64,000 bases of DNA, taken from contig MCFE01000110.1 in NCBI GenBank assembly GCA_002104905.1, forward strand, positions 1-64,000, read 5' to 3'. This stretch comes from Basidiobolus meristosporus CBS 931.73. Taxonomy: Eukaryota; Fungi; Basidiobolomycota. Under the pieces are notes generated by a model. It searched no databases, was not told the origin of the DNA, and saw nothing but the letters and a program-made list of their open reading frames with translations. Shown here piece after piece: positions 12,701-26,079 of the stretch. The position numbers were made by a program, and so were the translations under genes. Position 1 is the stretch's first letter. The number at the start of each line of letters is the position of its first letter.

Positions 12701-13169
12701 TGTTATGAATAGACACAAGGCAGGAGAGTAGGGCCAGGCAAGGCTGTTTATTCAAGACCTGTGTTTATCAGAATGAGGAATACACAAGGGGGGATAGGAC
12801 TATAAATACTTTTTGGTAATATGGATGCCAAGATATATTGGCTAATACTGATGGGGTTCTGGGGTGAGACACAGTAAGTTGGCCAAAATAGAAATATACT
12901 AAAGAACAAACTAAAATATCACATGGGGATATGTCAGGAGTTGGCTGATCATGTGAGCAGGTCTTATGACATGTAATTACCATATAGGGTATGCAACTAC
13001 ATAAACTCTGATGGGAAGCTTGCATAGAATTTTCCATTGTGTAATGCTGACTTGGAGCTTTCAAGAAGCTGGTAGAATGTAGTAGAACTTTCTAGAAGGA
13101 ACTTTGATTTCTTTGCTGACCTGATTTGGCTAAATAATAGGAGGCCAGGGATGATGTGTGATCATGACA
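12701..13169 (-). repeat. solo LTR, gypsy family D
   Basis: Reverse-complement homologue of 46976-47521, with TG...CA ends and a perfect 5-bp TSD CACAC. Confidence 0.9.
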
Positions 13170-13289
13170 CACACTTCAAAGAGTCCCTACCATCATGCAG
13201 GACACAATAATGACAAGCACCAATAATGCTTGCAAGATAAAGAAGCAATATTTCATTGCATTATTACATCTCTGCTTGTTCTTTATTCC

Positions 13290-13540
13290 CCCTGAGAGAC
13301 TCACCCAGAAGGTGTTTGCACCCCTATTTTGTGACACGTTGTATATCACTTAAGCCCTTATTAGCATGATATATATTTAATGAATCAAGTGAAGATGAGG
13401 GGGATAGGTTCTTTTGACATAATAAGCATAAGTCTTCATTACCTTGTTACCTTGAAGCAAAGGCTATTGTGAACCAAATGGTACTGAACTGACCTACCAG
13501 CTCTCCCAACTATTGAGTATAGGCAATAATAAATCACACA
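13290..13540 (+). repeat. diverged LTR family E-related sequence
   Basis: cacccctattttg...aagccc...gctattgtgaaccaaatggtactga matches 15150-15380. Confidence 0.55.
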
Positions 13541-14341
13541 TTCAACTTCAAATCAACAAATTGATTACAAAGTAAATAACACTATCCGGTGCTAAGATCA
13601 ATGCCACAATGGAGCAAATTGAATCTTTCACCCAAGTGGCAAATGTCCAGATCATGAAAATATACAAGGTTGTACAAATATACCCAAGCCATGCATGCAA
13701 GCTCTTGATACCACTCTTTGTCTGTTGTCAGTACCTGGCTTGCCAGAATTTCCTAAGCAAAATAGAGGAGAGGCCAGCAGGGTATCATCCTGACATTGGC
13801 TGAGTTCCATGTTTCTCAAAATTGACAACCCTCTGAATCTTGGCACTAGCTGTCAGGTGCGCAAGCAGACTACTGGACATTTTCCAAGAGGAGACCAAGT
13901 GTTGTGCATTAACTTTTAAAACTTGGTCTACTTTACCATGTTATAAAATCTGATACCCTAACTAATTTTTCCTAGCCCAAACAAAACTAATCACAATTAC
14001 GGTTTATTTTATGCCACCTTCAAATATATTTTTTGCTGTCACACATGATAAATTTTCAAATGGCCATTACATTATCAACTTATCTTCCAAGCCTTTCTGT
14101 GTGATTAGTCATCTGAGATCTATCTTACTTAACATCTGCCAGGTTGCCAGGTGATTGATGATGCAATTATATTTTATCTTGTGTATCTATCAGCACCCAA
14201 ATTGATTTCATTTAATCTAGCCTCTTGGCACTTGACAATTCAACCCAATAAAGAAAATATAAATACAGCTTATAGAACCTTTTGGTATAAAGTGTGTCTG
14301 AGCAAGATTCAGAACTTGGCAATTCTGTTGTAGTTTCTACC

Positions 14342-14450
14342 TAAGCCTAGCATATCTAGCACTCCTAAGAATACCAAGCCTAGCATATCTAGCGCTCCTG
14401 AGAATACCAAGCCTAGCATATCAAGCACTCCTGAGAATACCAAGCCTAGC
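14342..14450 (+). repeat. 33-bp tandem repeat, about 3.3 copies (CAAGCCTAGCATATCTAGCACTCCTGAGAATAC)
   Basis: Directly visible. It has no spacers and shares the GAATACCA motif with the CMC MITE at 11060-11100. Confidence 0.9.
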
Positions 14451-15004
14451 CTGTATAGCAAGCTAACTCTGTTGCCATCACAGCCAAACCCAGCCTTATA
14501 CAAGACCAATATTAGACCAAAATCTCTCTGCAAATAGTTCTGCCACTTTTTGGCAATTCTAATATTCTGTGCTTAATTGTCCCTTTGTCTCAGTTAAATC
14601 AATAGAGAGCTCTAGCACACTCTTCTCTTCAGTACAACATTGAATGCTTAACATTCATATCAAAAATGGCAACCAGCCCCTTACTACTTCCTTTGAGAAT
14701 TTTGACCAAAAATTTGAAGAAAAACCATGTGCTGAGTACTAGTAAAACAGCATTACAAATACAACAGAATACTTGCCAAAATTCCAATGAGCTCCAAGTT
14801 TGAGATATTTATTAGCAATTATGCTACAGCTCAAATGCCACTTTTCCATTCAATCAGCTGCTCAGCAAGTTCCACATAATCCACACACTTGCCACATGAT
14901 TTCTACTCCCTCTAGACACCCACAATTAGCTGTAAGTCCATAGCTGCCATCCTTTGAAGAGTAAACTATTATCAATGCTAGAATCTTACCCTGTGCTGGA
15001 AATG

Positions 15005-15380
15005 TGTGTCAGTATTAAATGTAGTACCCACTCTTTGCCCAAAGGTTCTCCCCAGAGTCCTATCCAAAGTCCCCAGTATCTTCCCTATGGTTCACCCATG
15101 CAGCCTCCCTCCTATTCCTGCCCTTATCTAGTTAGAACACTTACCATAACAGGAAGGTGTTCACACCCCTATTTTGCAACACATTGTCTATTATTTAAGC
15201 CCCTCTGAGTGGTATATATATATCCAATTGATCCATGTGAGGGAAGAAGAGGATCTGGACGGAATAAACACAAGTCTTTATTACCTTTCTACATTCTATT
15301 GGAAGCTATTCTGAACCAAGTGGTACTAACTTGCCCTACAAGTTCTCCCACTCACCAAGCATAGTCAGTAATAACCCACA
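15005..15380 (+). repeat. solo LTR, family E
   Basis: Reverse-complement homologue of 59710-60084, with a TATA-like run and AATAAA. Confidence 0.75.
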
Positions 15381-15661
15381 ATATGCACCAGTCTAGGTAC
15401 CTGACCTGAAGGTAAAATGTGAATACCACTACAGTATATAGGCCTTGAGATACCCTACATAATTAATGTTGACCCACAGGTGGATCCAATTCAGATCAGC
15501 TATTGGAATTACAAAATGAGATGGTTACAATTCCAGCAGCATAAAAATCTTGACCACCCTGATAGCGTAATTTCAGGATTTTGACCATGTGTTGCAGTCT
15601 AGACTACCTACAATGGGAGAAAGCTTGATGATGCACTGCAAGCATTAGACTTGTTCCATTG

Positions 15662-16011
15662 TGTTGCAATATTCTGAGGAGAATTGGAAGTGATGTGGAG
15701 AACTAGAGGATTTACATGTTATTCACTTGTAGATTTATTGACCAAAAGTATGAATATCATACTTTTGATAGAGTAGAGAAAACAAATGTGCAGAGTTTGT
15801 TAAGGAAGGTCCCCAGAGTATGTGTGCAAAGTTTGGGGTTTTTTGGATGACTTTGAGAAAAATAATAATCTGGGTACCTAACAATTTGGGTGAAAAAATT
15901 CCAAGTAAATCCCAACAAGAAATCTGGTAAGAACCAAATGCTAATCACAGCATAAGATCTATGTGACTAAGCTGGCACGAATATCAAGGTGACAACTCAA
16001 TAATTACGACA
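15662..16011. repeat. solo LTR, copia-related family A2, inserted 15 bp inside the PHIS terminus
   Basis: 350 bp with TG...CA ends and TSD cattg/catta. Homologous to 26496-26840. Confidence 0.85.
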
Positions 16012-16734
16012 CATTATACTGTGCCAGGGTGCGCGGCGCAATCCGCAGTTTTTAAGAACAATTGGGCGCAATATTGTAGCTACCAGTAGGCAGGATTGCT
16101 CTTGGACAATTTTGCACCATGTGAGATGATCTTGCACACTATGGCACAATCAGCACACTGAGGTTAGCACTTTGTGCCAACTTGTAATGTTTGCATCATG
16201 TGAGCAATTGGATAACACAATTATGGTAGGTAATATCCAGTATTTGGATATGTTGCTTTAGGGTAAATGGAAATAAATGCATATCACACTATAAACTACA
16301 CTGATACTTAACATTTTGGTTACTATCACTCCAATTCGATGGTATCTCAGTGGTTAAGTGGTCCAAAAGTATCCTGAAGCTGTCAGCCCCCAATTGGCTC
16401 TTTGACCAATACACAAGCTACCTGAATTGCCATCAAATATCCCATTTTACCCATTAGGCAAGTAGATCCCTGATCCTTGTGATTGGGCAAGGTGTCATAG
16501 CTAGCATGCAACCAATTGTATAGGTGCAAATCAGATCAAATGGCTGCACTAGTGCTACATATGATGTATACATATGCAGGGTGTTTATTCATAGGGGTCC
16601 TGTCTCAAATGTGAGACAACCTTGTTATTGCTTATATCAAAAATTTAGTGATCACTGATTTGTGGTGGCTTGAGCTGGATTGCAAAAAAAATGTATTGTT
16701 TAGATTGAGACAAAAAATAGCAATTCAATGCAAT

Positions 16735-17980
16735 TGCATCATCCTCTCTTTGGTTTTTTTCTCACAGAAATTACATCTGAAGCATTTGGTAGTGATTCAA
16801 CTTGCACACCTAAACTACTTCTTTGTTGACTATCCTCTTGGCTACTTGTGTGTTAATAGTCAGTATTTTGCCTCCTAGTTGGTAAGTGCAATGCTGCAGC
16901 TTGGCTGTGCTTGATTGCTCTGGATTATGCTACTGGACCGGCCTGCAGTGCTATGTGCTGATGTAATCTTTTACTTGCCAAAGGCTACAGTGGTGGAGGC
17001 ACTTCATGTGGGTCATTATCAGTCAGTTCACCAGAAGAAACTTACTAATGGACAGGTATTATGGCATGCGCAGCCGCAACTTGATGTGCTGGAATGGACC
17101 TTGGCTGAGTTTGATGTGGTGCCACTTGCTGAAGCAACTTGGCCTGCTCCAATGGACTTGTGTCTAAATGAGCAGTATGGTGGGTTCTGGTGGTTTTGCC
17201 CCAAAGTGTTGACCGAATACACATTGACTCACTGCGGGGCACTCTTGTGAAGGGTGTTGAGGTAGTTTTGACTGATGTGCACCTGCATGCTGAAGTTGCA
17301 AGGGATGGTAAGGAATCCAGCAAGGCATGCTGGCAAAATCTAGACAATGTTGCTTGCGGCCTGTATTCTTCTTCTTGAAGCTCACCTTCTGATTCCTCAT
17401 GGTATTCACTTACCTTCTTTCTGATGCTTTAGAACTGTTGCCTGGATGAGTCCTGTGTATATTGCTCTCAGAAGGCACTTAGCTCTACTAGTATACAATG
17501 TAATACATTAGTCATTTGAGGCAAAAACTCATTTAATATCTCTTTGGTTCCCAATGTCAAGCCACAAATGGATGCATCTGGCCTGTGCTGGGCAAACTGC
17601 ACACAAAATTGTTCCCATATGGCTTCCTCATCAAATCCGCTCAATCTCCGCTCATTCTTGATTTCAACACTTGTCTTATTATATATCTTCTTACATACAT
17701 CTGCTGTCATCTGGATATAGAACTCATGCCACCACTTTCTACCTAGGTTCTTCCATCTCTGTCAACTATCCAGGGTATCTAGTTCTGCTATATTAAAGAG
17801 TAGTGCCCAAATATCTGTATGAAGACTCATCATTGAGACTTGGGCCATACAGAATTCATTTGGAAAGAACTTGGATGGATCCAACATCAACTTTTTTGGT
17901 CCAGACTGTGCTTGTAAGCTGGGGGATGGATTTTGTCTGGGTTGAACTAAATACAAGTTGAGACTTAGCATAGGGACCAT
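16735..17980 (-). pseudogene. PHIS accessory ORF2 remnant (copy A)
   Basis: Peptides MVPMLSLN...IWALL...RWKNL...DVCKKIYNKTS...LGTKEILNEFLPQMT are shared with copies B and C. Confidence 0.75.
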
Positions 17981-18261
17981 AGTGACAGATTTAGATACTT
18001 ATACAGTAGTTATTGGCATCAACCTGGTCAATATGCAATATATATATGAAAGCTAATTTGATGATTGAATTTTCCATATATTATGCATGATGCATATCAG
18101 ATTGCATTGAAATGGATCAGATCACATCAATTGCAGATTTCCTATTTGATTAAAGACTAGTGAGTAAAACATCACTAAAAATACCCAGTCATTGTTTAAG
18201 GATGATATTTGCAACATAATGATGGGATACATGGCAATTGATGGACATTCAATCACAATGC

Positions 18262-19218
18262 ATGGAAAATTAGATAAATAAAGCTGACTGCGCTAAATTG
18301 ATTCAAATCAACTCTGATCTTCCACCAACTTCAATATTACTTACTAATCTAAATGGTCTTTTCTCATCAATCCCATCACTACCACTGGATTTCCTTTTGA
18401 CAGACTAGAGGAGATCTATACCAAGTTCTGTGGTCCATCTACCCCAATCTACTCAAGATATCTCTTGTTAAGCTTCTCTGCTATTACAAGAACTATTGCT
18501 CTGCAAGGTCTCATCCCACCCTCCATGGCAACAAAAGTCTTGGAAGCCTTCATTCCTAGCTGACAGCAATGGAGAACCACCTTGCAGAGGATATGAATGA
18601 CTTAAAGCAAGCTTGGAGTACTAGGTTCAGAAGCTCCAATAGACTTCCATATCCCATAGTGTTCAGCAACAGATTCCATATAAGGAGTATTTTGGATACC
18701 TTCCCAGTCAGGATTAACAGACCTTCTAGAGGGCAGAGGCACTTTTATTCTTTCAAGTACAAGGCACACTGTGTGAAGTTTCAGGCACTATATGACATTG
18801 AAGGTAACATCATCTGGTTTAGTAGGCCATTTGCTGGAAGTAGGCATGACAAAGCACTCTGAGTAGAGAATCATCCAAAATTCAGTAGATGGGAAGATGT
18901 ATGGCAGACTTAGCTTATATAGAATAGGATTTTCAGAGATTGGGATGTATTACAGCTTATAGTAAGCCAAGGAATGGTGCATTTAGCAGGAAGCAGAAGC
19001 TTAATAATGAGATTTTGAGTCACTTCAGAGGGAGGGTAGAGCATAAATTTGGATATCTGAAAAGTTCCAGCATATTGGCAGGTAAATACGGAGGAAAGTC
19101 ATATATAGGAGAAAACAGCAGAATAGGTAAAATAGTTAAGATACTTATCAATGCACAGTATATTCATACAAGAAGACATCCACTGAGAGAAATGTGTCTG
19201 GAGCTTTGTGAAGAGTAA
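18262..19218 (+). pseudogene. PHIS DDE transposase (copy A), with stops and frameshifts
   Basis: ILDTFPVRINRPS, KYKAHCVKFQ, GSRHDKAL, ADLAY and RVEHKFGYLK motifs. Confidence 0.9.
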
Positions 19219-19832
19219 ATAAAGCAAGGAAACAATACTCTAGCAACAAAAGTAAGATTGAGTTAAATTACCAGAGGTTATATCCTACCACTGGCATTAT
19301 GGTAGATATTATAGTGTCAGATAGTGCCATAGAGTGCTGAATTGATCCAGCACTATAAATAGGCTGACAATATGTGGCACTATCCAACAGAACAAGTCTA
19401 ATGTCTCAAATACAAGACTGCCTCAAGTTCTCATGAGTATTGGCCAGAAAGTGATTTAATAGTGCTATGTTGTTAAGTGCCTAGCTGTTTGCCCCATCAA
19501 GAAGACCACTTTGATTAATTGCTGTAAGAGAAGAAAAAGAAGACCATGTGAATATTGTAATAAACCTCTCAGCCACAAAGCATGCAAATAGCATCAGAAG
19601 TATACAAGTATCCCAGCCTGTGTTTTGCCATGTAAGTTATATTTGACCATTCATTGGTCACTATTAGACCAACAATATCTTGCCAGCCACTTGATACTTC
19701 TTTGATGGCACCCAGGTGTACCTGTAACTGTGCGCAATATGTTTAGGTGAATTTTTGATGCCTTTAGACTCTCCTGAGCCTTCTGAGTATGGCACAAAGA
19801 GTGATAGCTCTGATTAACAATGCTCACAGATA

Positions 19833-20043
19833 AGACTTGTTCCATCATTCTAGCTGATCATAGTGCCCAATAGTGCCATAGCATGCCAGATGGTGCCTGA
19901 TCATGCCACAGAGTGCCAGATAGTGCCATACAGTGCCAATTTGGGATCAAAATTGACATGCATATGACCCTAAAATATCAAATTAATAACAAAATATACA
20001 GCACACTCTGGCACTATGATCAATGGCACAATGGAACAAGTCT
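19833..20043. mobile_element. 211-bp MITE with PHIS termini
   Basis: AGACTTGTTCCA...TGGAACAAGTCT with TSD ATA/ATA and a (TA)GTGCCA motif array. Confidence 0.93.
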
Positions 20044-20220
20044 ATAGATTATATGCTCATCTTCTCTATCTACGGTACTCTGCATAAGCCCAGCATAATC
20101 ACAGTGTGCAATAGGACAACACCTAAAGAAAAGAGCACACAGCATACTCTACAAAGCCAAGTTGACCCAGTAATTGATCTACTGGGGAATGATGTGATGT
20201 TGTAGCTTGAGACAAGGCAT

Positions 20221-20733
20221 TGTAGTGGGGTCACAAAAACACCAACTGATTGATGTGCAAATTCCCATATTCTCTACTTCCCTTCTGCTAAACTTAGTTT
20301 AAACCAAGTTGTTTTATTGGTTCAGTATTAGCCCATAAGCTGCCTAACTATAATACCTGTCTATTCATGGCATATCTGATCCTTCACTGCATGTAAGATT
20401 ATTAATTGTAAGTGCCTCTACATCAGGCAAGTAACTGCACTAGAACCACTGACATATGATCAAGCCATATCACCATCCCTACCATTATCATTCCATATGA
20501 GATGTTGCACAGGTTGCAGAATACTGATCCCTGATTATTTAGATGTATTGTACTACTTAGAACCTTCCAACATCTACTTCAAATATTTGTCGCTCATTCT
20601 GATGTAATCAACATTTCTATTGATATCTGGAACCTTGTGCAACACCTTGATTGGTAATCACTTAGTCAGTGAGAAAAGTATACCAGGGAGACAATCTCTT
20701 GAGAGTTCATCAGGATCCCTTTTATCAATATAG
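20221..20733 (+). repeat. diverged family C-related LTR fragment, truncated at the gypsy B insertion
   Basis: Starts TGTAGTGGGG and is colinear with 39508-40040. Confidence 0.7.
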
Positions 20734-21252
20734 TGTTATGATCTGCCGCTTGAATGTTTAATTTAGATCAGTTTTTAGTCAAATCAATTAGTACATGTTT
20801 AGGTTATCAGTATATTAGTATTATCTATGAAATCAGTAGCATTAGTCAGCAAATGAATCAGCAGATCCTTATCAGACAGAAATAGATATATTAAGTAGGA
20901 TCTTATTGGGTGATGCTGATGCAATCAAATGAGTCATAAGCCACAGCCTACATTAGGAAGTACAATTACTCAGCAATTGATCTGGCAAAATGTATATAAG
21001 GAGCTGCTGGAACCTTAATAAAAATCAGTTCAAGTTTTAGTGAATACAATACTAGCTAAACTCCCTTTTCCTCTACAACTCTGATACCAAGACTTGTAAC
21101 ATTGGTAGCAGCAATAACCAGAAACCTCCCTCCTGAAGAAAGAAGAAACCACCCTCAAGATGTCAGACAATCCAGAATGGAAGAATGCCATGCAGCAAAT
21201 CCTGGCCCAATAGCAATAGTTACTCCAGATCCTCAGCCAACAGCAACAAGGA

Positions 21253-24200
21253 ATGACTACCATGGCTCAGAGCCAGCAAAGCCATGTCAAGAGCAACTTT
21301 AGTGTGAAGGTCAACTGGTACCATTGCAGAGTCAATGAAAACCTGGGAACTTGGCTCTTTCAGATTGAAGAAGCTTTTGAAGCTAAAGGTATTGCTCCAG
21401 AGAGCAAGTTGCATTATGCAGCTTCTTACCTGGCAGATGCAGCTTTACAGTGGTACCACAACAAGATCAGGTCAGCCACTATGATGGGATGCTCTACAAT
21501 CTCTACCTTGGATGAGTTTGTGTCGGAAATTCAGGATGCTTTTGAACCTCCACACCAGCAGACACTACTAAGAAGGAAGTTAAAGACACTCCGACAGAAA
21601 GGAATGGTGCAAGAATACGTCTATGAGTACAGATGTCCACTTGGACAAATTGAAAGAATGGACCCCTTGGATCAAGTTGAATACTTTATTGATGGGCAGA
21701 AAGAAAGAACTTGCAAGAAAGTGAATTATCAAAGACCTCAGACTATAGAAGAAGCCATCAAGATTGCCATTGACTATGACTCCGCTATGTTTGGAGTTGG
21801 GAAGCCTACAGTGACTAATCAGAAAGGCTACAATCACTATGAAAAAAGACAGTCAGAAGCAGTGCCAATGGAAATAGATGCTATGCAGAAGAATCCTACC
21901 TCAGAAGAATGTAAGAAGAAAGGACTTTGCTTCAATTGCCACCAGCAAGGACATATTGCAAAGTACTGCCCTCCAAGAAGAAATGGACACCAGCCAACAA
22001 AAACCTTCAACCATATTGAGTCCCATGAACACAGTAATGTGGAAGAAGAGCTTGAAGAAGACTTGGAACTTACCTTCCATATGACACAAGGGTACTTGTC
22101 TCAAATGACCTCAAACTCAGGGAAGTTACTGTACTTAAATGGAGTAATCAATGGGGCACCTGCCAAAATCATGATTGACTCTGGGGCATCACATGAGTAC
22201 ATGTCAGAGCAATTTGCCTTGAAAGCTGGTATCAACTCAGAACCTACCAAATCAACTTCAGTCTCCATAGCTGATGGGAACTCTCACATAATCAACCGTA
22301 TTACCCAGCCAGTAAGAATGAAGATTAATGACTATGAAGAAGTCCTACAGGCTTATATATTTGGGAACTGCAAGTTTGACCTTGCACTTGCAAAAACCTG
22401 GCTATTTTGTTGTAATCCATCAATCAACTGGAGAACCCATGCAACTCAGATCCAAAAGGACAACAAGACCTATGAGCTATTACCTGCCAGGCTGGATTTC
22501 AACTTGGTCAATTCCAGTATGTGTGACACATGTGAACTTAGCAAGACCCAGTTCTGTAGAGCGCTTAGAAAAGGTGCCCAGATGTTTTTCATGGCAGTAT
22601 TACAGGAGGATTCTGCTACCTCAGTACCCCAGCAGGTCCAGACTCTCTTGAAAAAAAAGTCAGACGTGTTTCCAGATGAGCTTGTAAGCTTACCACCAGT
22701 CAGAGATGTGGATCATGCCATAGACACAGGAGATAGCCCTCCAGTGAGCAAGGCACCTTACAGAATGAGTCCATTAGAATTGGAGTAAATGAAGAGACAA
22801 ATTGATCAGCTATTGGAGCAAGGATACATCAGACCCAGCAAGTCACCTTGGGGAGCACAAGTGCTTTTTGTGAAAAAGAAAGATGGAACGCTTAGGATGT
22901 GCATTGACTACAGAGCCCTGAACTCAGTTACTGTCAAGAATAAGTACCCCATACCTCAGATTGATGAGCTTTTGGACCAACTTAATGGAGCCACTATTTT
23001 CAGCAAGACTGACCTCATGTCAGGATACAACCAGATTAGGGTGAAGCCAGAAGACATCCCTAAGACAGCATTCAGGACCAGATATGGACATTACAAGTAC
23101 TTAGTCATGAGTTTTGGCCTCACCAATGCCCCTGCAACTTTCATTACCCTGATGCAGACTGTCTTCCAGGAGTACTTAGACAAGATTGTCATAATCTACC
23201 TAGATGATATACTGATACACAGCAAGACAGAAGAGGATCACTTGGTGCACATTGCAAAGGTCTTGAAGAAGCTAGGAGAGTATAAGCTTTATGGTAAGCT
23301 ACCCAAGTGTGAGTTCTTCAAGGAACATGTTGAAAATCTGGGACACATAGTGACTAGCACAGGAGTAACCTTAGACCCTAAGAAGGTGGAAGTAATCAAG
23401 AATCTGAAGCAGCCCCAGAGCATATCAGAGCTTAGATCATTCCTTGGAATGGTTTTGTATTATTGGAGATTTGTCAAGTCATTTGCAAATATTGCAGCCC
23501 CTTTAACTGATATCCTCAAGAAAGACAATACCTACAAGTGGGACATAGCTTGTGAGACTGCCTTCTAGACGCTCAAGAATGAACTTGCTAGGCTACCAAG
23601 CTTAAGAACACCAGACTCTAGAAAAGAGTTCACTCTGTACACAGATGCTTCAGATAATGCAATTGGTGGAGTGCTGAGCCAAGAGCACAAGGGAAAGGAC
23701 TACCCTGTTGCCTTTGGATCCAAGAAGCTGAACTCAGCAGAACAAAACTATCCAGTCAATGAGAAGGAGATGCTTGCTATAATACACTGTTTGAAGACAT
23801 GGAGATGCTATATTGAAGGAGTCAAATGCACTGTGAAGACTGATCATGCCTCCCTCAAGTATATATTTACTCAGAAGGTACTCTCTAGAAGAATGACAAG
23901 ATGGAGTGAATACATTCAGCAATTTGACCTGGAGATTGTCTACTGCCCTGGAAAAGCCAACACTGTTGCTGATGCCTTATCAAGATTAGATCAAGTTGCA
24001 CCACTCAACTTGGTGCATGAATCAGATTGGCCTAGCCTATTACCAAAGTACTTGGAGGACCAAGCCATTCCTAATGAGGTGGATGAAGATATCAAGCAGA
24101 TAATCCAGGATGTAGCCAGCATATTTGTAGTACAGGATGAAACACTCTACCAAATTGTTGATGGAAGCCCTATTGCCTATTGCCCTTATGTTTCTTGCCT

Positions 24201-25505
24201 GGATTTAATACATAAGCTACACAATGGATATGGACATCTTAGAATTGAAGGAACCTATAGTCTTGTGAAAGCCAGAGCATGGTGGCCAGAATGAAACAAG
24301 ACATTAGACTTTTTCCATTGTGCCATTGATCATAGTGCCAGAGAGTGCTGTATTTTTGTTATTAATTTGATATTTTAGGGTCATATGCATGTCAATTTTG
24401 ATCCCAAATTGGCACTATATGGCACCATCTGGCACTCTGTGGCATGATCAAGCACCATCTGGCATGCTATGGCACTATTGGGCACTATGATCAGCTGTAA
24501 TGATGGAACAAGTCTATTGAGAAGCTAGTAAAAACATGCCCAAACTACCAAATCAATCAAGGCCAGCCACAAAGAATTGCTGAATTCTTCCCTTTGGAGC
24601 CTGTAAGACAATTTGAGAGATGGGGAATTGACTTTATTGGAAGACTGCCAGCCACCAGGATATGCAACCGTTGGATCCTAGTAGTAATTGACCATGCCAC
24701 TAAATGGCCAGTTGCTAAAGATGTACCAATAGCCAGTGAACAAGAAGTTGCAAGTTTCATTTACCATGAGATCCTGATGAAGTTTGGATGCCCTGTGGAG
24801 ATCTTATCTGACAGAGGAGCAAACTTTATGGCAAAGACATTAGAGGCTTACCTGGAAATGCAGCAGATCAGACACTTGAAAACCTTGGCATATCACCCCA
24901 GAACTAATGGAGTCACTGAGCTGTTTAATGGATTAGTTGGAAAAATGCTGACCAAGTATGCAAATGGAGTTGTCAGTAGTTGGGATGAGTATATAGACCA
25001 AGCACTCTTTGCATGCAGAGTCAGAGTACACAACACCACCCAGCAATCACCATTTTACTTAGTGTATGGATGTGAACCAAGGATTGCAGGAGATCTCACA
25101 CAACCAAAGCTTACAGACATCTTAGAAGATGAACTCAGCCAGCCAAGTAGACACTAGCAACTGGAACAAAGACATCAAGAGGCACAGACCAAAGTATCTC
25201 AAAGTGCAGAAAAGATGAAGCAGAGATTTGATAAGACTATATCACCAGAAGTATTGACAGCTGGGAACTTTGTGTTGCTAAGAAACAACACTTGGAAGAA
25301 GTTTGAGCCACAATGGACAGTACCATTCAAGATCATCGGAGAATGTCCATTTGCAACTTACCAACTGGTGGACAAACAAGGCAATATCCGGGAAGACTTA
25401 GTGCATAGGGGCAGACTCAAGCTTGCAAGACTTGCTGATAATACTGAACCATCAAGATATTGGGATCACAAGAAAAGAGATTCAGGAGAACCCTCTCAAC
25501 TTTAG
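21253..25505 (+). pseudogene. gypsy B Gag-Pol with a few stops, one frameshift and a MITE insertion
   Basis: CFNCHQQGHIAKYC knuckle, IDSGA protease, [11 protein letters not shown]...YLDD RT, YTDAS...KEMLAI RNase H, WGIDFIG...DRGANF...TNGVTE integrase. No chromodomain seen. Confidence 0.93.
24306..24515. mobile_element. 210-bp MITE with PHIS termini in the gypsy B integrase
   Basis: TSD ATT/ATT. Removing it restores KQD-I-EKLVKTCP. Confidence 0.95.
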
Positions 25506-26079
25506 TAGGGGAGAATGTTATGATCTGCCGCTTGAATGTTTAAGTTAGATCAGTTTTTAGTCAAATCAATTAGTATATGTTTAGGTTATCAGTATATCAG
25601 TATTATCTATGAAATCAGTAGCATCAGTCAGCAAATGAATCAGCAGATCCTTATCAGACAGAAATAGATGTATTAAGTAGGATCTTGTTGGGTGATGATG
25701 ATGCAATCAAACAAGTCATCAGCCACAACCTACATTAGGAAATTCAATTAGTCAGCAATTGATCTGGCAAAATGTATATAAGAAGCTGCTGGAACCTCAA
25801 TAAAAATCAGTTCAAGTTTTAGTGAGTACAATACTAGCTAAACTCCCTATTCCTCTGCAACTCTTATACCAAGACTTGTAACAATGTCAGAATATGTCAA
25901 TAGTTTTGTGGTAACTCACATCAGACAATGTTTACTACTGCAAGGTGTTCAACTTGTCAGAAATATACCAATACATGTGGGAACCATCATTTACACTCCA
26001 CAAATATTCCAGTAGTATCTTATCAACAGAAGATCATGCAGTCCAACAAATATTGTGAAGCTAAAAATTTCTGCACTTA

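Larger units (their letters stand above)
15647..19399. mobile_element. PHIS (PIF/Harbinger-ISL2EU group) two-ORF DNA transposon, copy A
   Basis: TIRs AGACTTGTTC...GAACAAGTCT. ORF2 is on minus and the DDE_Tnp_4-like transposase on plus. Flanks are att / aat. Confidence 0.9.
20734..25883 (+). mobile_element. Ty3/gypsy LTR retrotransposon, family B, full length
   Basis: 368-bp LTRs at 20734-21101 and 25516-25883 (about 20 mismatches by eye). PBS TGGTAGC and PPT AGTAGGGGAGAA. No matching TSD (atag/atgt). Confidence 0.95.

Noticed and set aside
14342-14450. 33-bp repeats as a CRISPR array
   Set aside because: The units are head-to-tail with no unique spacers, no cas genes are present and the context is eukaryotic. 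It is a minisatellite, probably CACTA-subterminal.
16648-17250. ORFs MITDLWWLELDCKK... (also 45323 and 56698) and MLWIMLLDRP...
   Set aside because: They are antisense shadows of the 3' part of PHIS ORF2.
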